Part shown: positions 38,150-50,499 of the stretch, one piece after another
How the letters are laid out: each line of letters starts with the position of its first letter
How positions within the stretch are numbered: the first letter of the stretch is position 1
Assembly (NCBI GenBank): GCA_964234715.1
Contig: OZ174278.1
Origin: Podarcis melisellensis
Lineage: Eukaryota
Length of the DNA: 64,000 nt
Direction: 5' to 3' (one strand)
Translations under genes and position numbers: made by a program
Notes under the pieces: model-generated
The model's input: the letters and a program-made list of their open reading frames with translations, nothing else
Told to the model about the DNA's origin: nothing
The model's database searches: none

Positions 38150-40489
38150 TGTACAGCTTCCGGGTCATGTGGCCAGCATGACTAAGCTGCTTCTGGCGAA
38201 CCAGAGCAGTGCATGGAAATGCTGTTTACCTTCCCACTGGAGCGGTACCTATTTATCTACTTGCACTTTGACATGCTTTCGAACTGCTAGGTTTGAAAGC
38301 AGGGACCGAGCAACAGGAGCTCACCCCGTTGCAGGGATTCGAACCGTCGACCTTCTAGGCTCTGTGGTTTAACCCACAGCACCACTCGTGTCCCTTGTGA
38401 AAGTTTAGGGCAATGTTAATCTTTGCCACTAGTCCCTCCTGATCACCAAGAGGTGAAGATGTTCAAAGCCTTAATTCTACTGTTCATAATGCTTCTGCAG
38501 GTCATCTGACCAGGGCATGTGAGGATCCTGCTGCAGGTACCCTCATGATTGCATGACAGAGACCAAGGAATCTGTCAGCTACAACCTAGGTTGCACAATC
38601 TTATTATTACTATTACTATTACTAATCTCATTGGCTTTTTATTCTTAAATTGGATTTTCTTTGTTTCTTTCATCTGTGTATTTTATTCTAGATTGCTGAA
38701 TCATGTCACCAAATATCATGGAATCTGATGACACAGGAGACATGTGAAAATGGTCAAGTATCCACCATGCTAATTAACAGCAGCGGCTATAAAACTCTCT
38801 GATCTTTCAAAAGTGTAAGTGACTTGGTGATGTCCAGAACTTTCAAAGCAGGGATCAAAACAGCCGGAACTGCAATTCAGTTTGAATTCCTTGGTTGATA
38901 AGATTTGGCAAAAAGTCTAGTTATCTGTGACCAAACCTTCATCCATCTTTGCATGCAAGAAGGAGTGGGCAATTATGGAACCACCTTAAGGAATGCAGAT
39001 TGCACAGAAGAAACATGTATTTTTTTTCTTCTTTTTCAAGGAATGTGCTTTTATTGTATCCACTGTACTTATAGCATGGTACAAAAATAAGAGATTGGAG
39101 CCATACAAGCTGGCAAGTTAAAATTAGTTTTGAGAAAGTGGAAGTGTTGATTACTTTGAATGCTCATTCCTTTAAACTTTAAAGGTTTTAAAAAATTCAG
39201 CATGGGTTTATGTCAGTGCTATACAATGTAGTCATAACTGTTTGGAAATCCATATTAAGCAAGGTAAATGACAGTCATTTTTAATTACGTAAACAGTATG
39301 AATGTGATCAGTAGTTAGTTATGCAGTATGATATTTCCTTTGCTTCTTAAAAGTGAAAGGGGAAAAAAGTATAATGACTCCTTGGGGAAAGTTATCTGTT
39401 CTAAGCATCTATACTCCGTGAAACCGTGGCTTTGTAAGACTTCATGCATTAGAAACAGGAGTGCTGAGAGCTCTTGATTTAAGCATTGTTTCCCTGTAAT
39501 CAGAAGACAAACACAATGGAATTAAAAACTAATGGTTGTTTTTTTCTGTTTGACAGCGAGTGAGAAAAATGTTTTGTTTTGTTTTTGAACATTAGCTGGT
39601 ATGGAAAAGTACAAATGCAAATTAAGCAGATGCCTTCAATACTTTTTTCACAGATTCCACTGTGTGTTCTGTCTTTTTCAAATAGCCACTTTAAACATTG
39701 TGCCAGGAAAGCAAAAAACAAAACAAAAAATCCTGACAATTATAGTAGGAAAACACAAGGTAGGTCCCCCACCATTTTTTTTTAATGAACAAGAACTGTA
39801 GCCTTTTATATCTAATTTTATAGTGTATTTTCTTTAAAACTGGGTTTACACCCAAGTATGTAGTGTTAGGATTGCAGGCTTAATCTGCTTCTCACTGTGA
39901 ATTTTTGTTCCTTTCACATTGGCTCAAAAAGAGTTTTAAAGCTGTCAGACACAAAATCATGTTTACTACAAATATTTATAACATAAGTTAGCTCGGGCAT
40001 TATGTTTCAACACACACAAAAAACCATTTTCTCATTGAAATAAACATTTATGATATAAATAAAATGTTACAATAAAGCATGACTTATTTGTGGTTAAATG
40101 GCATTACACTGACTGAAGGAATAATTCAAAGAATTCAAGACACAAAAAGCAAGCTATCAACGGTATGCTAAACGAGACAGGATGACATTTATATACAGAA
40201 TTGTGAAATCGAGCTAGCAAGATCAGCTGAAATCCTAGCCTCACTTACCTGAGAATAAGCCCCATTGAATTCAATGGGACATACTTCTGAGGAGAAATGG
40301 TTAGAATCATAGCCATAGATAGCTTTGTGATAGGCCTTTAGCCACATCATTAAGTTTGTATTTGAGGTACTACACGACTCTTTGTTTTGCTGTAACAGAC
40401 TAAAAGGGCGACCCCTCTGGAAATTGATTAAGTTTGAAAGGAAACACATATGAAGGGTAAGTGATTTATAAATATCCATTGATGGGGTG

Positions 40490-41125
40490 TGTGGGGTGTT
40501 ATGGAAGGGGTAGCACCTTTGGTGGGGGGACACATTGTGCTCCTTTTGGGATAGTTAGCGTATCTTTGGTCCCCACCTTGCACTGAGCTCTCACTTGTAG
40601 CTCCTAGAAGCTGTCAGCATGCAACAATGGTCACACCCCAGGAACAGCTTCAGCTGGCCGGCAAAACCAGGTGAGGATAACTGACAGGCCTTAAACGCAC
40701 CATGAATTAGGGACTTCCCCTGCATGCAAAGACAGGCTCTAGCAGATGGCACAAATGAGACTAATATTGGGTTCAGTGGTCAAGAAGACTGTTTCTGCAT
40801 GTACTGTAGTGGTAACTGAGGGGTAGATGGGGCTCATTAACCCGAGAAGGTAGCCCATCTAGGAGGGGGGAAAGGCTAAGGAAGAAACCCTACACAAATC
40901 CTGAGTGGAGTCCCTAAAATAGATGGATGATGTATTGTACGCCTTCTTCTTGCAATTCCTGCATCCAAGCTGGTGCCAAACACATTGCTCTGCTTTTCTT
41001 TGGATCACATCAGTGAGTCGGGGGGGGGATGTCTTGTCATCTGGGCAACCCAGGACCCCATACACACTGCCTAGGCTTGCATGCCTGGGAATTTGCTTCA
41101 GTGCTGCTAATTTAGCAGTTTGAGG
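40490..41125 (+). mobile_element. Probable RTE-clade LINE 5'UTR or non-autonomous RTE derivative
   Basis: Sharp, more GC-rich block containing GGTAGCCCATCTAGGAGGGGGAAA, a motif I associate with RTE 5' regions. No intact ORF. Confidence 0.45.
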
Positions 41126-41137
41126 TGCACTCCATTG

Positions 41138-41270
41138 TAAGGTTACCAGATTTTTTTCAATGATTCTGGGGACACTTTTCAACTTCAGTCAAATTCAGTG
41201 GATTTTGTCAGGGGCCTGATTTGTAAATCCGGGGACTGTCCCCGGGAAACAGGGACGTCTGGTAACCTTA
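41138..41270. mobile_element. TIR MITE (superfamily uncertain)
   Basis: Perfect terminal inversion TAAGGTTACCAGA / TCTGGTAACCTTA with internal GGGGAC/GTCCCC motifs. A related element lies at ~48930-49108. Confidence 0.75.
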
Positions 41271-41684
41271 CTCAAGACAGACAGATGTCAACAAGAGGTT
41301 GATGGCAGAAATATGCCTGTTTTGTGCTAGGATGTACACTAAAACTTGCATTTGAATGTCTGTCTACAATGAAATGGAAGACAGCAAAATAAACCATTAG
41401 CTGTTGAACGGAAAATACCAAATGAAAATACGGATGGATGAATGTCGGAACTGACTGATTCATGTTTGTAAACCTTCAAGTCAGATATATCCAGCCTGCA
41501 TTTGTGCATCTGATTATTCCTGTCTAGCACTACATTTATTTCTGCTTATAATCATGTCACTTATCTTGACCTGTTTTCCATCCCCTCAAGATCGTATTGA
41601 ATCCCTTTTCTGTTATTATAAAGTACTAGCTAGCCCAGGCACTTTGATGTGTATCACCTCCATTCTTTTTCCAAAAGTATTTTA

Positions 41685-41840
41685 AAGATATTTAATAACA
41701 ACAGGCCCCAAAGCCCTGTGGCACTCCACTTATCACTTCTCTTCAGGTTGATGAGGAACCATTGATTTGCACTCTTTGAGTACAGTCCATCAACCACCTT
41801 GAAATCCACCTAACAGTAGCATAATCTAGCTCACATTTCA
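41685..41840 (-). mobile_element. CR1 LINE RT fragment
   Basis: The minus strand shows the degenerate W(I)..WL..RTQRV...SGVPQG..GP.L.NIF region. Homologous to 45250-45357. Confidence 0.7.
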
Positions 41841-42380
41841 CACCATCTGTTGCTTGGAAAGGACTATCAATGTTATACAATATTATATTAAATTACATTT
41901 CTATTAGCAAGTTGTGGTTAAAAATGTTATTTTTAAAATGGCTTCTCTTCTTAGTGTCTTTCATAAGTGTTGGGCTCTCTATATGATTCATTTTATTATT
42001 AGTGCTTCCTTTTTATTTCTTTATTATTATTTTGTTATGACCTACAATCTGAACAAATAAAACCTGCTACTGCTACCGTTATTACTATTGGTCCTGCTTA
42101 TTTTTTATACAATGTAGGTTTTCACTGAAAGTATGTAATAAAAAATATAGGACTATAACAATTGAAAAGACAATCCAACCTAAGGAGCACATGCAAGTTA
42201 TGTGAACTGGTAAAGATACAAACCACAATTGAAAGAAAAGTATCTCTTTATGGAAACAGAAGAGGAAGTAATAGATAATACCAACATTTTAGGGAATAAA
42301 GTTGTATTTAAAAATGCATAAGAGTAGCATCATGTTTCAGGTATGCATAAAATTTGGAAAACAGACACATATATGAAGAA

Positions 42381-42656
42381 ACCTAGACAGCATTTTAAAA
42401 AGCAGAGACATCACCTTGCCGACAAAGGTCTGTATAGTTAAAGCTATTGTTTTCCCAGTAGTGATGTATGGAAGTGAGAGCTGGACCATAAAGAAGGCTG
42501 ATCGCAGAGGACGAGATGGTTGGACAGTGTTCTTGAAGCTACCAGTATGAGTTTGACCAAACTGCAAGAGGCAGTAGAAGACAGGAGTGTCTGGCGTGCT
42601 CTGGTCCATGGGGTCACAAAGACTTGGACACGGCTAAATGACTAAACAGCAACAAC
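42381..42656 (+). mobile_element. BovB LINE 3' fragment with an internal deletion
   Basis: LDSILKSRDITLPTKV.IVKA.VFPVVMYGSESWTIKKAD joined directly to the 3' terminal region and (CAA) tail. TSD ATATGAAGAA (42371-42380 / 42657-42666). Confidence 0.9.
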
Positions 42657-45249
42657 ATATGAAGAATTTAAGACAACATGATTTAAGAAAGTGGGATTTT
42701 CAATTAAAGCTAAAATTTCATAACAGATTAAAAACACTTTACAAAAAATATGTGAATCTACTTAACATTAACAGTATAAATGAAAATACATCCATCAATA
42801 AGAACTGATTTTCATCTTGAGCTGATATGTAACATCTTAACAGTGTCAATAATCATATTAAGCAAGTATAGGGGATACACTTCAGGAAATGTAAGGCTCT
42901 TCAAATTTGAAGAGCGGGTGTTTGAATCAAACACAGCTACAAATGTTTACAGAAAGATATCTATCTGGATTAATTGATAAGAAAAGTGTCTAAACTGATG
43001 TCTATCCAAAAGGTTTGCTTTTCCTTTTAAGGCCACCTGAACAGTTTTCAAATAAGCATTTATCTCCCTGCTATCACTAAACAGGGAGATAATTATATAA
43101 ACCAATTAAAGCACATTATTTTGGTCAGACTGGTTGAATTAATAATTCAAGAGCTGACCACCTAACCTTTGTTTTTGTCAGTAAACCATATAACAACACA
43201 CCTACCCCACCAAGGCTTATTGCAAGACATTGGCCATAAACACACAGAAGCAAGGCATAGGCAGTCTTGTATTCAAATTTTATTGCAACTTTTTGGATTT
43301 GACATGATGTTTTATCCTAATGGCCTTTATATCCCTAGTATACATTTTAATTAAACAATAAATAACTATATGTGGAACATGGATAATTACAAAAGGTATG
43401 TTAGAAGTGAAATGTCCTCACTATAACTCTGTCTAGGAGGCCAATGAAAATGTTTTTTATATATATAAATAAAAGTGCAGTTCATCAAAGGATTAAATTA
43501 TTTACATGGGCACATTTAATCAGTGGGAGTGCACTGCTTACTAATAGAAAGATGCTAAAGATTTAAGGGACCTATAGAACAGAGAATTAATGGCGGGAAA
43601 GAGTTAAGAAACTTATGTGAATACTGAGTTTTTCTTCTTTGTCTGATCATTGCCAGGTATTTAAAAGGAAGTAAATACACAGGAAGAAAAACAAGGGCAA
43701 ATTTATAAGATCAGCCGAGATGATAATAATCCATGGAAAAAATTAAAATGAAACCCTATGCATGTCTACTCAGAAGATAGTTCCATTACGTTAAAGAAGA
43801 CTTTCCCCCAAAGTAAGTAGCTATATAGGGTAGCAGCCCTAACTTGTCACAGCTGGCCAAGCTCTTGTGACATTCCTAGGACATGCTCATTTCATTACTC
43901 ATGAAATGGATTTTAAATTTAAGTGTTTAAGTAGCTGACCATGGGCATAATGGATTAATTCCAGGAATATAGATATGGTTTACCTTCAATAAGTGGAATG
44001 ACATTTTGAGATAAATGAAACCATTTCACTATGATCTTTAGAACACAATTCTATGATCCCTAGGAGGGCATCTTGGAGGGTATAGGATTTTGTGGCTCTC
44101 CCTCTCCACAGGCAGTGAGAGCGCCACTGCAGAAAGGCATGTTGGTGTTGCTTCTACACTGTCAGTGTTCTGCTGGCGGAGAGGGCAAAAGGGTGGTGTT
44201 CTGGGGGCAGGTTGGACTCCAAACCCTGCTGTTCCCCTAGCATGCTTTAGAACCAGATGGTGGAGTGGTGAATAAGTATGCCAACCCTCTGCTAGCACAC
44301 TTCCTGCTATCCAGTGGAGATATGCATTGTTTTTAAAGGGAAGCAGAGGTGGCAAGGAGATAAAAGGGAACAATAGCACTCCGCCATCTTTTCTCCTGTT
44401 GGAACCAATGAAGTGGGGCTCTGAATATGGCAGTTTCTCCATTTTAAAGTCCCCTCCCCTGTAGGATTTCTCTCTGCCTCTACTACCTCTTATTTGGCTG
44501 GGGTCCCAACGTGCTGAAATCACCCCAAATTGCCTCTTATTTTCCATTTCCCATGCTAAGTATTTCTTTTGATCACACCGTCAAATGAGATCTGAAATCT
44601 GACGGCCAATCTATCCAACGATAACTGTATCAGAAGAGCATCGCTTCATATTATAATGCAAGTGAGCATCCTAAGAATGGTATTATCATAAGACAGATGG
44701 AGTTTCTTGGCCCTCAGCTGACTGTTCTAAACTTTTTATAACAGGAGAAAAAAATCTGTTATTTTTCAGATACAGTAGAGGAATGTTCCCACATATCTTA
44801 GAAGGGAACAAAGCAGACTGTTTATAATGTTTTCAAAACCAACTTGATTGTTCATACACATGGACAGGCTATATGTTTTGCACACAATTCACTGTATTTC
44901 CAAATTGCTTTTAATGACCAATTATTTTTATTTCTCCAGTAGTAGTAGTAACAGCAGCAGCACTTTTAATGTACAAATAAATTAGTTTGGTATGTTGTAT
45001 TCATCCTTACAAGAACTCTATCAGGTAGTTCAACCTAATCCAGGGTTGAAAAGTACATACACCATCTCTATTTTCAGCTCATAAAATCATTTCTACAGAT
45101 CAGTTATATTTGATATGAGACTTTAATATTTTGATACAGTATAAGGTTGGGGGAGAAGAGAGGTGGGGGGAAAGAGAGAGACCAGGTGCAGGGAGGGGAT
45201 GTAGTAAACTTTCATTCTTTTAGCTATGTGCAATGTTTTTGTGTCAATA

Positions 45250-45357
45250 TTTTTCCAGGATGATGAGGAACCATTGGTGAGCACCCTTTGGGTTCAGTAA
45301 GTCAACCAGCTACAATTCCACCTAAAAGTTATCTCATCCAGCCCACATTTTACTAGA
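45250..45357 (-). mobile_element. CR1 LINE RT fragment
   Basis: GATGAGGAACCATTG...CACCCTTTGGGTTCAG...CAACCAGCTACAATTCCACCT matches the region of 41685-41840. Confidence 0.65.
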
Positions 45358-48179
45358 AAGTCAATGGACTTTTCTTCTGAGTAGATACATATAGAATTGT
45401 GCTGTTACTCCCAAGTAAGTAGGCATAAGATTATAAACCACTTTTATTGCTAGAGACACCAAGACTGAGTGATAACTCCTATGCAAGTCAATATATAGCA
45501 GAGTAAACCCAGCAAGAAAAAAAGATGAGGCAGCACACATTACATTAAGCATTTAATTTGGTTGAAGGACGCTTGACTACAGGTACCACTTTTTTAAACC
45601 AAAACGTAATTGGATACATTAAATATCATTACTTTATTCAGTTTTAGTTAAATCACAAATATATCTTGTCACTATGTTCCTCATATTATAGCAAACACTT
45701 ATATGTTTGGAAGTACTGTACAACTCATTTTAAAAACACATTTTACCATGTAATAACAGATGCATTTCTGTTGAAATTGCAAGTGTGCAGTAAGACTTAA
45801 GGGATAGCGATCAGCAAGCACTGTATTCCAGTGCAACTTAATTTCCTCCATCGACCACTTGATAAAGGCTACATATACCTTAGTAAGGAGAACTTTTCTG
45901 AATTAAAGGCTCCTAGCAAAAATCCTAAGATGCTTACTAGCAAGTATGTTCCATGGAGTTTAATAGGATTTACTTCTTGGTAAATATGTTCAAGGTTGGG
46001 TTGTCAATTTAAGAACAGATTGCACAAATATCATTTAGGTGTGAGTGCTTCCTATAAGACTGCGGCAAAAATATTATTCATCTTTAAAACCAGTAGATGT
46101 ATTAGCTCTATAAATTTACTTTGAGGATGGGTTTATTTTTTTTAAAAAAAGAATCTTAGAATACATCAATTCTTGGAGCAATGAGTAAACATGTGAGGAA
46201 ATAACCAGTGAATAGGCTGCCCTGATCCTCCCAGACGTTCTCTTTAACAAATCACCCCATTTGAAAAGAAGAAGAAATCTGGTTTTAGAAGTCTAGTGAT
46301 GATTTTGGCAGCAAGCTTATAAGAACTGCCTTCAGAAAATGTACTGAGTCCTATTCTTCCGATGTAAATCACTTTTAAACACCAGCATTTTAATCTAAAG
46401 GTCACTTTGTCCATAGTATACACAGTAAGGATTTTCTTTTTTTAAAGCAATTGGGACTGAGTAATTCTACTGATTTTCTTGCCTTAGTTTTGCAATTTCA
46501 TGCTGCAGTTCTATAGTGCTTTAAGACTTACAGAGAAATCATATGCATGTCTACTCATGTAAGGCCCATTGAGTTCAATGAGACTCCTTGTTAAATGTGT
46601 ATACCAGGGCTGGATGTGGCCTCTCTATCCAGACCTCAGGACCCTCCTCAGTCCTCACTCCTCCCTGGGCCACAACCCTCACATACACTGATCCAAACCC
46701 TCCCTGAGAACTTTTCCCTACTAAGAATGTGTCATTGAACTGTGATCATTTATCTTGCTTGCCTAGATGGAAGGGACTTGTGTGCATGTGCAGAAAATTA
46801 GGGATGGATGAATCCATCAATTTCATTTTCTCATTTTTGCAATGTGTCTTCTGAATGCCTATATAAGTATACCCAGTCAATCTAGAATACATTTTCAGGA
46901 CATCTAGAAAATTTCACTACAGTTATTTTTGGTGCTGTTTTCTCCAGTATTCTGGCTGTGAATAATGGTCTAGCAGATCTGGACGAGATAAATGATGATT
47001 TATGAAGCAGGGAATGAGCATTGGGGCTGAGCATTTCTGTATAGCCCCTCCTCTTCTCCCTACATATACCACTCCAGAGCCTCCTAGGTTGTATTAAGCC
47101 AGAGTTTCCTATTATGTCAGAACTGGGGATTGTCAGTTAACAACCTAGAATAGTGAGCCAAGCTCTGATCATGGTTTATGAAGCTTTGAATTATCGTCTG
47201 AACCAAGGTATTGAACTGAATTCTTTCTTTGAATTTCCCAGCTGCATGGCCTGTGAGTTTATTTTTTAAAGATTAAAAAAAGCCCACATGATTTATGTGA
47301 CATGTCCTACTTTAACTGTTTCCAAAGTATTACTGTATAAGATATTGCTTCTTATAGGAAGCAGTGCAGCTGTAGAAACTTTCCGTTGTCATAAATAATA
47401 TGCTGGCGCATTAAAACGCACTTTCACATCTCATTGATGATAATAAAATATCTAAGAAGATTCAATCGAAATCCATTCTTTTTTACAACAATGATATCAT
47501 GATTACACCTTTAAAATATATAGTCCATGTATTCAATAATACAGTAGTAGTAAATCTATCACGAGCAGTCAGCAAACCCTTTCATATAGCTGGAGGGATC
47601 CCCTTTTCCATTAAAATAAGAACCATGTCAACGTCTGAATGAAAATGTATTGTTTCATATTGACATTGCAAACATAAGCATTCTTAATACAGGGAAATCA
47701 GTAACTATCCTATTCTCACATTCTTCCCTAGAAATATTATGTTATAACGTTATGACTTTATGTTTCATAGGCTATTCAAACATTCTCTGAGCGATTTCGT
47801 TTAAGTGCTCAGACTGTTCCTCCCCCCGCCCTTACTTTTTTATTATTTTGTACTGAATGTTTTCAGGGTTAAATATTGCTTGTGAGTGGAGTGAAATCCC
47901 TCTAACTCTAATTTGGAGGGTGGGCACCTGTATGAACAACCTGATCTGAATGGTACTGCTTTAGCACTATCCTGCACCCACCATTTTGTTAGGATTGTTG
48001 TTCAGCTGGTGGCCAGGAATTCCCCTCTCTGCTTGCTTCCAACATCTCTGGAATGCCTCATGGACACACACAAAGGCAGGTAGCCTCCCAGTTGCTCTTG
48101 CTGCCAAAGCTCAGGGGTCCTTGAGTGACCCTGAGCAACATTTTCTGACGAAAGTAGGGACATCCTATTGCATAATAGC

Positions 48180-48692
48180 TTTGAGCATATTACACCGAAC
48201 CTGGTCCGACTGCACTGGCTGCCAATTAGTTTCCGGGCCCAATTCAAAGTGCTGGTTTTGACCTATAAAACATTAAATGACTCAGGACCCCAATACCTCA
48301 AGGACCTCCTCTTTCAATATGAACCTACCCAGACCCTGAGGTCATCTTCTGAGGCCCTCCTTCATGTGCCTCCTCCTTGAGATGTCCGGAGGGTGCCAAC
48401 ACAAGAACGGGCCTTCTCTGCAGTGGCTCTCTGTCTGTGAAATGCTCTCCCCAAGGAAGTTCGCTTGGCACCTTCATTATACATCTTTAGGCACCAGGCA
48501 AAAATGATCCTTTTTAACCAAGCATTTGGTGGATTTGATTGACATCCTATGCCCTTTTAAAATGCATTTTTAAGGGGGTTATTGGGTTGTTGCTTTTATT
48601 GTGATTATGCATTTTGTGGTGTTGTGTTCTCGTTTTGTTCTGTGAGCCGCCCTGAGACCTCCAAGTATATGGCAGAATATAAATTAATTCAA
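48180..48692 (+). mobile_element. L2-clade LINE 3' end (ORF2 C-terminus and 3'UTR)
   Basis: HITPNLVRLHWLPISFRAQFKVLVLTYK...GPQYLKDLL...LRSS...RAFS, with in-frame stops. The 3' end GTGAGCCGCCCTGAG...GGCAGAATATAAAT follows. Confidence 0.9.

Positions 48693-48752
<60 letters not shown>
48693..48752. repeat. (TAT)20 microsatellite
   Basis: Uninterrupted trinucleotide run. Confidence 0.95.
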
Positions 48753-48753
<1 letters not shown>

Positions 48754-48920
48754 CCCCACCATCTGACTGGGTTGCCCCAGCCACTCGGGGCAGCTTCCAA
48801 CATATATAAAAACATAATAAAGCATTTAACTTTTTTTTTAAAAAAACCTTTCATCCTCAGGGCTGTCTTCAGAGTTTTCTAAAAGTTGTCTAGCTACTTA
48901 TCTCCTTGACTTGGGAGTCA
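48753..48920 (-). mobile_element. L2-like LINE 3' end, opposite orientation
   Basis: Minus strand TGTTGGAAGCTGCCCCGAGTGGCTGGGGCAACCCAGTCAGATGGTGGGGTAT followed by (AAT)n. Confidence 0.7.
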
Positions 48921-49945
48921 CAAATCTCTATATCCTCCAACATTTCTCACATGAAAATTGGGACAGCCTACCATACCCTCCAATATTTCTCCAGTGACGA
49001 TGGCGACATCCTAAGGAAAAGCGGGACATTCTGGGATCTGATCAGAAGCCAGGATGGCTTCTGTAAATCCTGGACTGTCCCTAGAAAATAGGGACACTTG
49101 GAGGGTCTATGGCTGCTGGAGCCTGCTTAAGGGCTGCACTCTGTATAGGGACAGGTCTCCCCCCCCCCCACAAGAGCATATTAGGGCATCCAAGGGGCAA
49201 AATGTATATGAGGTATCTGACCCAATTCAGCAGGAGGCCGCTGCTCCTCTGGTACAGGAAAACACTGCCTTTTCCTCAGGCACACGGGGAAGTATCACCT
49301 TTCTCTCTGGCGCTGGCTGCTGCTGCTGCTGTTCTCCTAGCATACACACACTCCCAACCCATTGAGCTTTTCATGCTTGTTCTCACACATCTCCAATTCT
49401 TCCTGCTGCACCCCTTTTCTGGAAGGCTCCCAGGGAGCCAATAAATCTATCAGAAGAGGTTCATTTCCAGCCAGCCAGTCCTTCTCCACAACACTCTTCC
49501 TTTTCCACAGCAGGCACCCAGGCAGTGGAGAAATCAATTAGCAGCAGCTCCACATTCCCAACCAACTAGCCCTTTTCAGAGCCACTTGCCTCCTTGCCTT
49601 CAGCTACTGACTGCAATGCTTTGGAGTGACCATCCATGTTCTGGATCTCTGGCAGGGCACCTGGGTCACTCTTAACCCCTTGTAGCATCTCATCAAAGAG
49701 GGCTCTCAATTGGCGTAGAGTCAAACTTCCTCTCCATGAAGGCTTCTCTCACACTCTGTCAGCAGGTGGTCTGTTTTATCAAACCACTGGCTCAGGCATT
49801 GGATCATTTGCTCTAGTTGCTTCATTTGTTTCTGCTGCTAAAGCTCAACCTGACCTGCTTCAGAAATATTGCTGTTCCTTGACTCGGGCACATCTTGCTC
49901 AGGAGTCTTTTCTCCAGGAAACACAGATCCCACTTCTAACACCAG

Positions 49946-50499
49946 TATTGGTGTCAGAATCTCTGAGTGGTGTTACAGTCCAGGCACACTTGCCTAGGGT
50001 CGATGTTTTCCTTTTGAGACACAACAGACACTATGGTGTCTTTATGATATATGGCTTATTTACACATATATGCAACCTGAGCCCACCATGGAAAGGTGCA
50101 CAGCATTCACACCTCAAGATGTTTGTGCTTCTCCGATATCTGCAGCCTTGAATTCAATTTGTTTCTGAAATCTGGCTCTGCCTCTCTGCAACTTGCTGTA
50201 TTTTACAGCCTGCAACACCACATCCTAAGCTCTCCAGTCTGCTTCAGAAAGTCTCTTTTTGTTTTCTGCTCAGAGCTGCAGGCTGAGCTCCTCCCATTTT
50301 TCATCTGGCACAGAGTATTTGCCTTCTTAATAGCTTTCTTAATGGGTCATCACCCTTCCCTTTCCCCCTCTTTTAATGGGCAATCTCCACAGGTGACTAC
50401 TTCATCAGGAAGCCAGCCTGGCTTATATTTTACATGGTTTAAATTTAAAATCTGCTGGGTCCAGAGGTTAAAAGGTCTGGCACCCACAAACTCATAACA
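49946..50499 (-). mobile_element. Solo LTR, same family as 23108-24264
   Basis: The minus-strand start is TGTTATGAGTTT. It aligns with 23108-23608 (AATCTCTGAG...AGTCCAGG...TTTCCTTTTG...GTGTCTTTA...TTATTTA...CTGAGCC; GGAAGC.AGCCTG.CTTATATT). Confidence 0.7.

Larger units (their letters stand above)
37271..38395 (-). mobile_element. Sauria (POM-type) SINE split by a nested hAT MITE
   Basis: 3' half at 37271-37368 with (ACCTTT) tail, and 5' half at 38158-38395 with tRNA-like head. Flanking TSD TGTGAAAATTTA / TGTGAAAGTTTA (37259-37270 / 38396-38407). Confidence 0.9.

Noticed and set aside
44038-44547. 169-aa minus-strand ORF
   Set aside because: No domain and no splice context, and it overlaps degenerate repeat-like sequence.
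48547-48825. Poly-Asn and poly-Tyr ORFs
   Set aside because: These are translations of the (TAT)20 microsatellite.
49636-50497. Overlapping 171-aa and 133-aa ORFs
   Set aside because: They run antisense through an LTR (49946-50499) and show no gag/pol or host protein motifs.
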